Source: an uncultured Chroococcidiopsis sp. (GTDB lineage: Bacteria > Cyanobacteriota > Cyanobacteriia > Cyanobacteriales > Chroococcidiopsidaceae). From it: 64,000 nucleotides of DNA. The stretch covers positions 128,001-192,000 of the forward strand of contig CAXTYC010000003.1 in assembly GCA_964248365.1 (NCBI GenBank), written 5' to 3'. Shown here piece after piece: positions 62,164 through 64,000 of the stretch. The notes under the pieces were generated by a model. That model saw only the letters and a list, made by a program, of their open reading frames with translations. It had not been told where the DNA came from and did no database searches. Within the stretch, counting starts at the first letter, position 1. The number at the start of each line of letters is the position of its first letter. Both the position numbers and the translations under genes were made by a program.

Positions 62164-62188
62164 GTAGGGTGGGCATTGCCCACCCTAC
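62164..62188. repeat. GTAG-type REP palindrome
   Basis: GTAGGGTGGGCA-T-TGCCCACCCTAC. Confidence 0.88.
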
Positions 62189-62319
62189 CTATAAATTTCT
62201 GCTATATCTTAAAGTAAAAATAGATCTAATTTATCGCGCAATAGACTTGGACACAAGCGATAGCGGGTTTCCCGACAGGAGGCAAAGTGTCCGCCCAAAG
62301 ACGCTAAGTTTTTTTAAAG

Positions 62320-63366
62320 TCAAGTTATTAAAGCACTCAAAGTTTGGTTAATACTGGTATCAGATATGTCTGGCAAAGATAGGACTTTTTCTACATTGGT
62401 AAAATCTCTTTCTATTGATTTGAAATAAGTAGTATCGTAATGGTATAATAGCAAATTTTTAATAAAGTCTTCCCAGTTACTATTGTCTATTAACTGATAC
62501 CAATAATTTAATTTTTGTTTACCATATCGAGATTTTAGTCGTTCAAGTTTTGCTTTTAAGAAATGGGGATTGTTTTTTAAGTAAGGATATTCTTTTAAGA
62601 GAAATTGAACTCTACTATCTAATGGCAGTTGAATTTCTATCCCCGTTGCTTGTTTCATTTTATGCCATAAAGATGGAGGTAAATGAACTTGTCCAATTTT
62701 GTTACTTTCTGACTCTAGCCAAACAATTTTATTAGAATCAAATTGTTGCAGTTGTTGTAAAAGTAGAGATTCAAAGTACTTTTGTGAAGGTTGGGGAGTA
62801 GGTGAGTCTTGCCATTCTTCACCTAGTAGCGAACCGCGATGATTGGCTAGTGCTTCTAAGTCAAGTACTTGAGCGCCACGTTGCTGTAATTGGCGTAAAA
62901 TATGTGTCTTGCCACTTCCCGTTAGACCACACAATACTTTATAGGTATATTTGGCTGGTAAATCTTCTAATTGTTGGCGCACATAAGCCCGATAAGTCTT
63001 ATATCCACCTTCGACGACTGTAACCCGCCAGCCGATTTGTCCGAGTACCGTAGCCATACTATTAGAACGCTGTCCACCCCGCCAGCAGTAAATTAGTGGT
63101 TTATAGTCCTTGTCTTTTGAGGCAAAGTGTGCATCTAAATGTTGTGATATGTTCTTGGCTACCAAGACCGCGCCTGTTTTGCGGGCGGAGAAGGGGTTGA
63201 TTTGTTTGTATATGGTTCCTACCTGGGCGCGTTCAATGTCATCCAAAACGGGCAGGTTGATTGCACCTGGGATATGATCCAGGGCATATTCGACCGGGGA
63301 ACGAACATCAATAATTTCGCTGTAGGTTTCTGCCCAAGGCTGTTGGGTATATATCGGAAGTGGCAT
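62320..63366 (-). CDS. mnmH: tRNA 2-selenouridine synthase
   Basis: Rhodanese IDVRSP..YCWRGGQRS; P-loop GLTGSGKT; LEALANHRGS; ESESNKIG. Confidence 0.93.
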   Translation of the reverse strand: MPLPIYTQQPWAETYSEIIDVRSPVEYALDHIPGAINLPVLDDIERAQVGTIYKQINPFSARKTGAVLVAKNISQHLDAHFASKDKDYKPLIYCWRGGQRSNSMATVLGQIGWRVTVVEGGYKTYRAYVRQQLEDLPAKYTYKVLCGLTGSGKTHILRQLQQRGAQVLDLEALANHRGSLLGEEWQDSPTPQPSQKYFESLLLQQLQQFDSNKIVWLESESNKIGQVHLPPSLWHKMKQATGIEIQLPLDSRVQFLLKEYPYLKNNPHFLKAKLERLKSRYGKQKLNYWYQLIDNSNWEDFIKNLLLYHYDTTYFKSIERDFTNVEKVLSLPDISDTSINQTLSALIT

Positions 63367-63611
63367 TACAGTCAAATTGCATCTTTCTCGATTTTGACAC
63401 TTTCACAGCTTTGATTGTCTAAAGCTTTAATCTGGTTTCTAGTTTCCACAGCGATGCCTACGAGGTTATTGGAGGTTCTACCTCCCAATTCGGATTGAGA
63501 TGAATCTAAGGAAAAGATCGAGCGATCGCCTAAAAAAATTTTAGTAAATGTTTATCATGCTCTCATAGCTGGGAATCCTTAGATTACAAGATACTTCCTA
63601 AGCTTCTAGCT

Positions 63612-64000
63612 ATGACACAATCAAATCTTCTGGCACAAGCAAAGCTTGGCGATGCAAAAGCGATCGCAGATGTAATTAACTACCTTATGCCAACTGAAGG
63701 GGTTATTGCAAAAGCTGCCCTCAAAGACGGTTTTTTAGAAATTATCGTTGAAGCAGATCAAGTTCCAGCTCAACAACAATCACTTACACACATCCAGAAA
63801 ATCATAAATTATTTACACCCAAAATTTGTTAATAAGATACGAGTTTATGGAAAGCAAACAGGTACTTACTCGTTAGATTGGTATGAAGAGTTTAAGCCAT
63901 TTGCGGCAAATTATAAATCATTAGAGCCGACTGTTCAAACTAAAAATATAGATATAGAGCAAGCTTCTACCTGGGAAAAAGCTCTAGAAGCGGTGATTGA
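63612..64000 (+). CDS. Hypothetical protein (3' end outside the window; not in the ORF track)
   Basis: MTQSNLLAQAKLGDAKAIA...AKAALKDGFLEIIVEADQVP...RVYGKQTG...W, a common cyanobacterial N-terminal domain; frame open to the window end. Confidence 0.78.
   Translation, partial: MTQSNLLAQAKLGDAKAIADVINYLMPTEGVIAKAALKDGFLEIIVEADQVPAQQQSLTHIQKIINYLHPKFVNKIRVYGKQTGTYSLDWYEEFKPFAANYKSLEPTVQTKNIDIEQASTWEKALEAVI

Noticed and set aside
63451..63475. GCGATGCCTACG as another HIP1-inserted element
   Set aside because: No closing CGC after 21 nt and no second matching hairpin
1..64000. High GCGATCGC frequency as a novel signal
   Set aside because: This is the known cyanobacterial HIP1 octamer

Overview
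Core-chromosome window of a cyanobacterium: many HIP1 GCGATCGC octamers, heptamer tandem repeats in most spacers, and petB/petD, ndhM, crr7 and ctpA. In order it holds the end of an exopolysaccharide locus (GT4, Wzc, GT4); a PatA-CheW-MCP-CheA taxis cluster whose MCP has a DXCF cyanobacteriochrome GAF and which lacks CheY; a TerY-P-type vWA/PP2C/kinase triad whose kinase is a membrane-anchored TPR receptor; a ggt remnant split by a 103-bp TA-duplicating element beside tRNA-Glu; a cluster of pseudokinase-PP2C, CHAT-FHA, PatU3-like and FHA-PrsW genes; a KaiC-like ATPase-REC-hybrid kinase operon without kaiA/kaiB; housekeeping genes; an HglK-like protein; a cation/H+ antiporter; and a kinase with homogenised WD40 repeats. 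No CRISPR array, prophage, rRNA or transposase was seen. The best candidates for an undescribed system are the two-protease FHA module (21.4-27.8 kb), the KaiC-like operon (29.0-32.4 kb) and the receptor-type TerY-P triad (13.4-17.2 kb). All family calls are by-eye motif recognition; no database searches were run.
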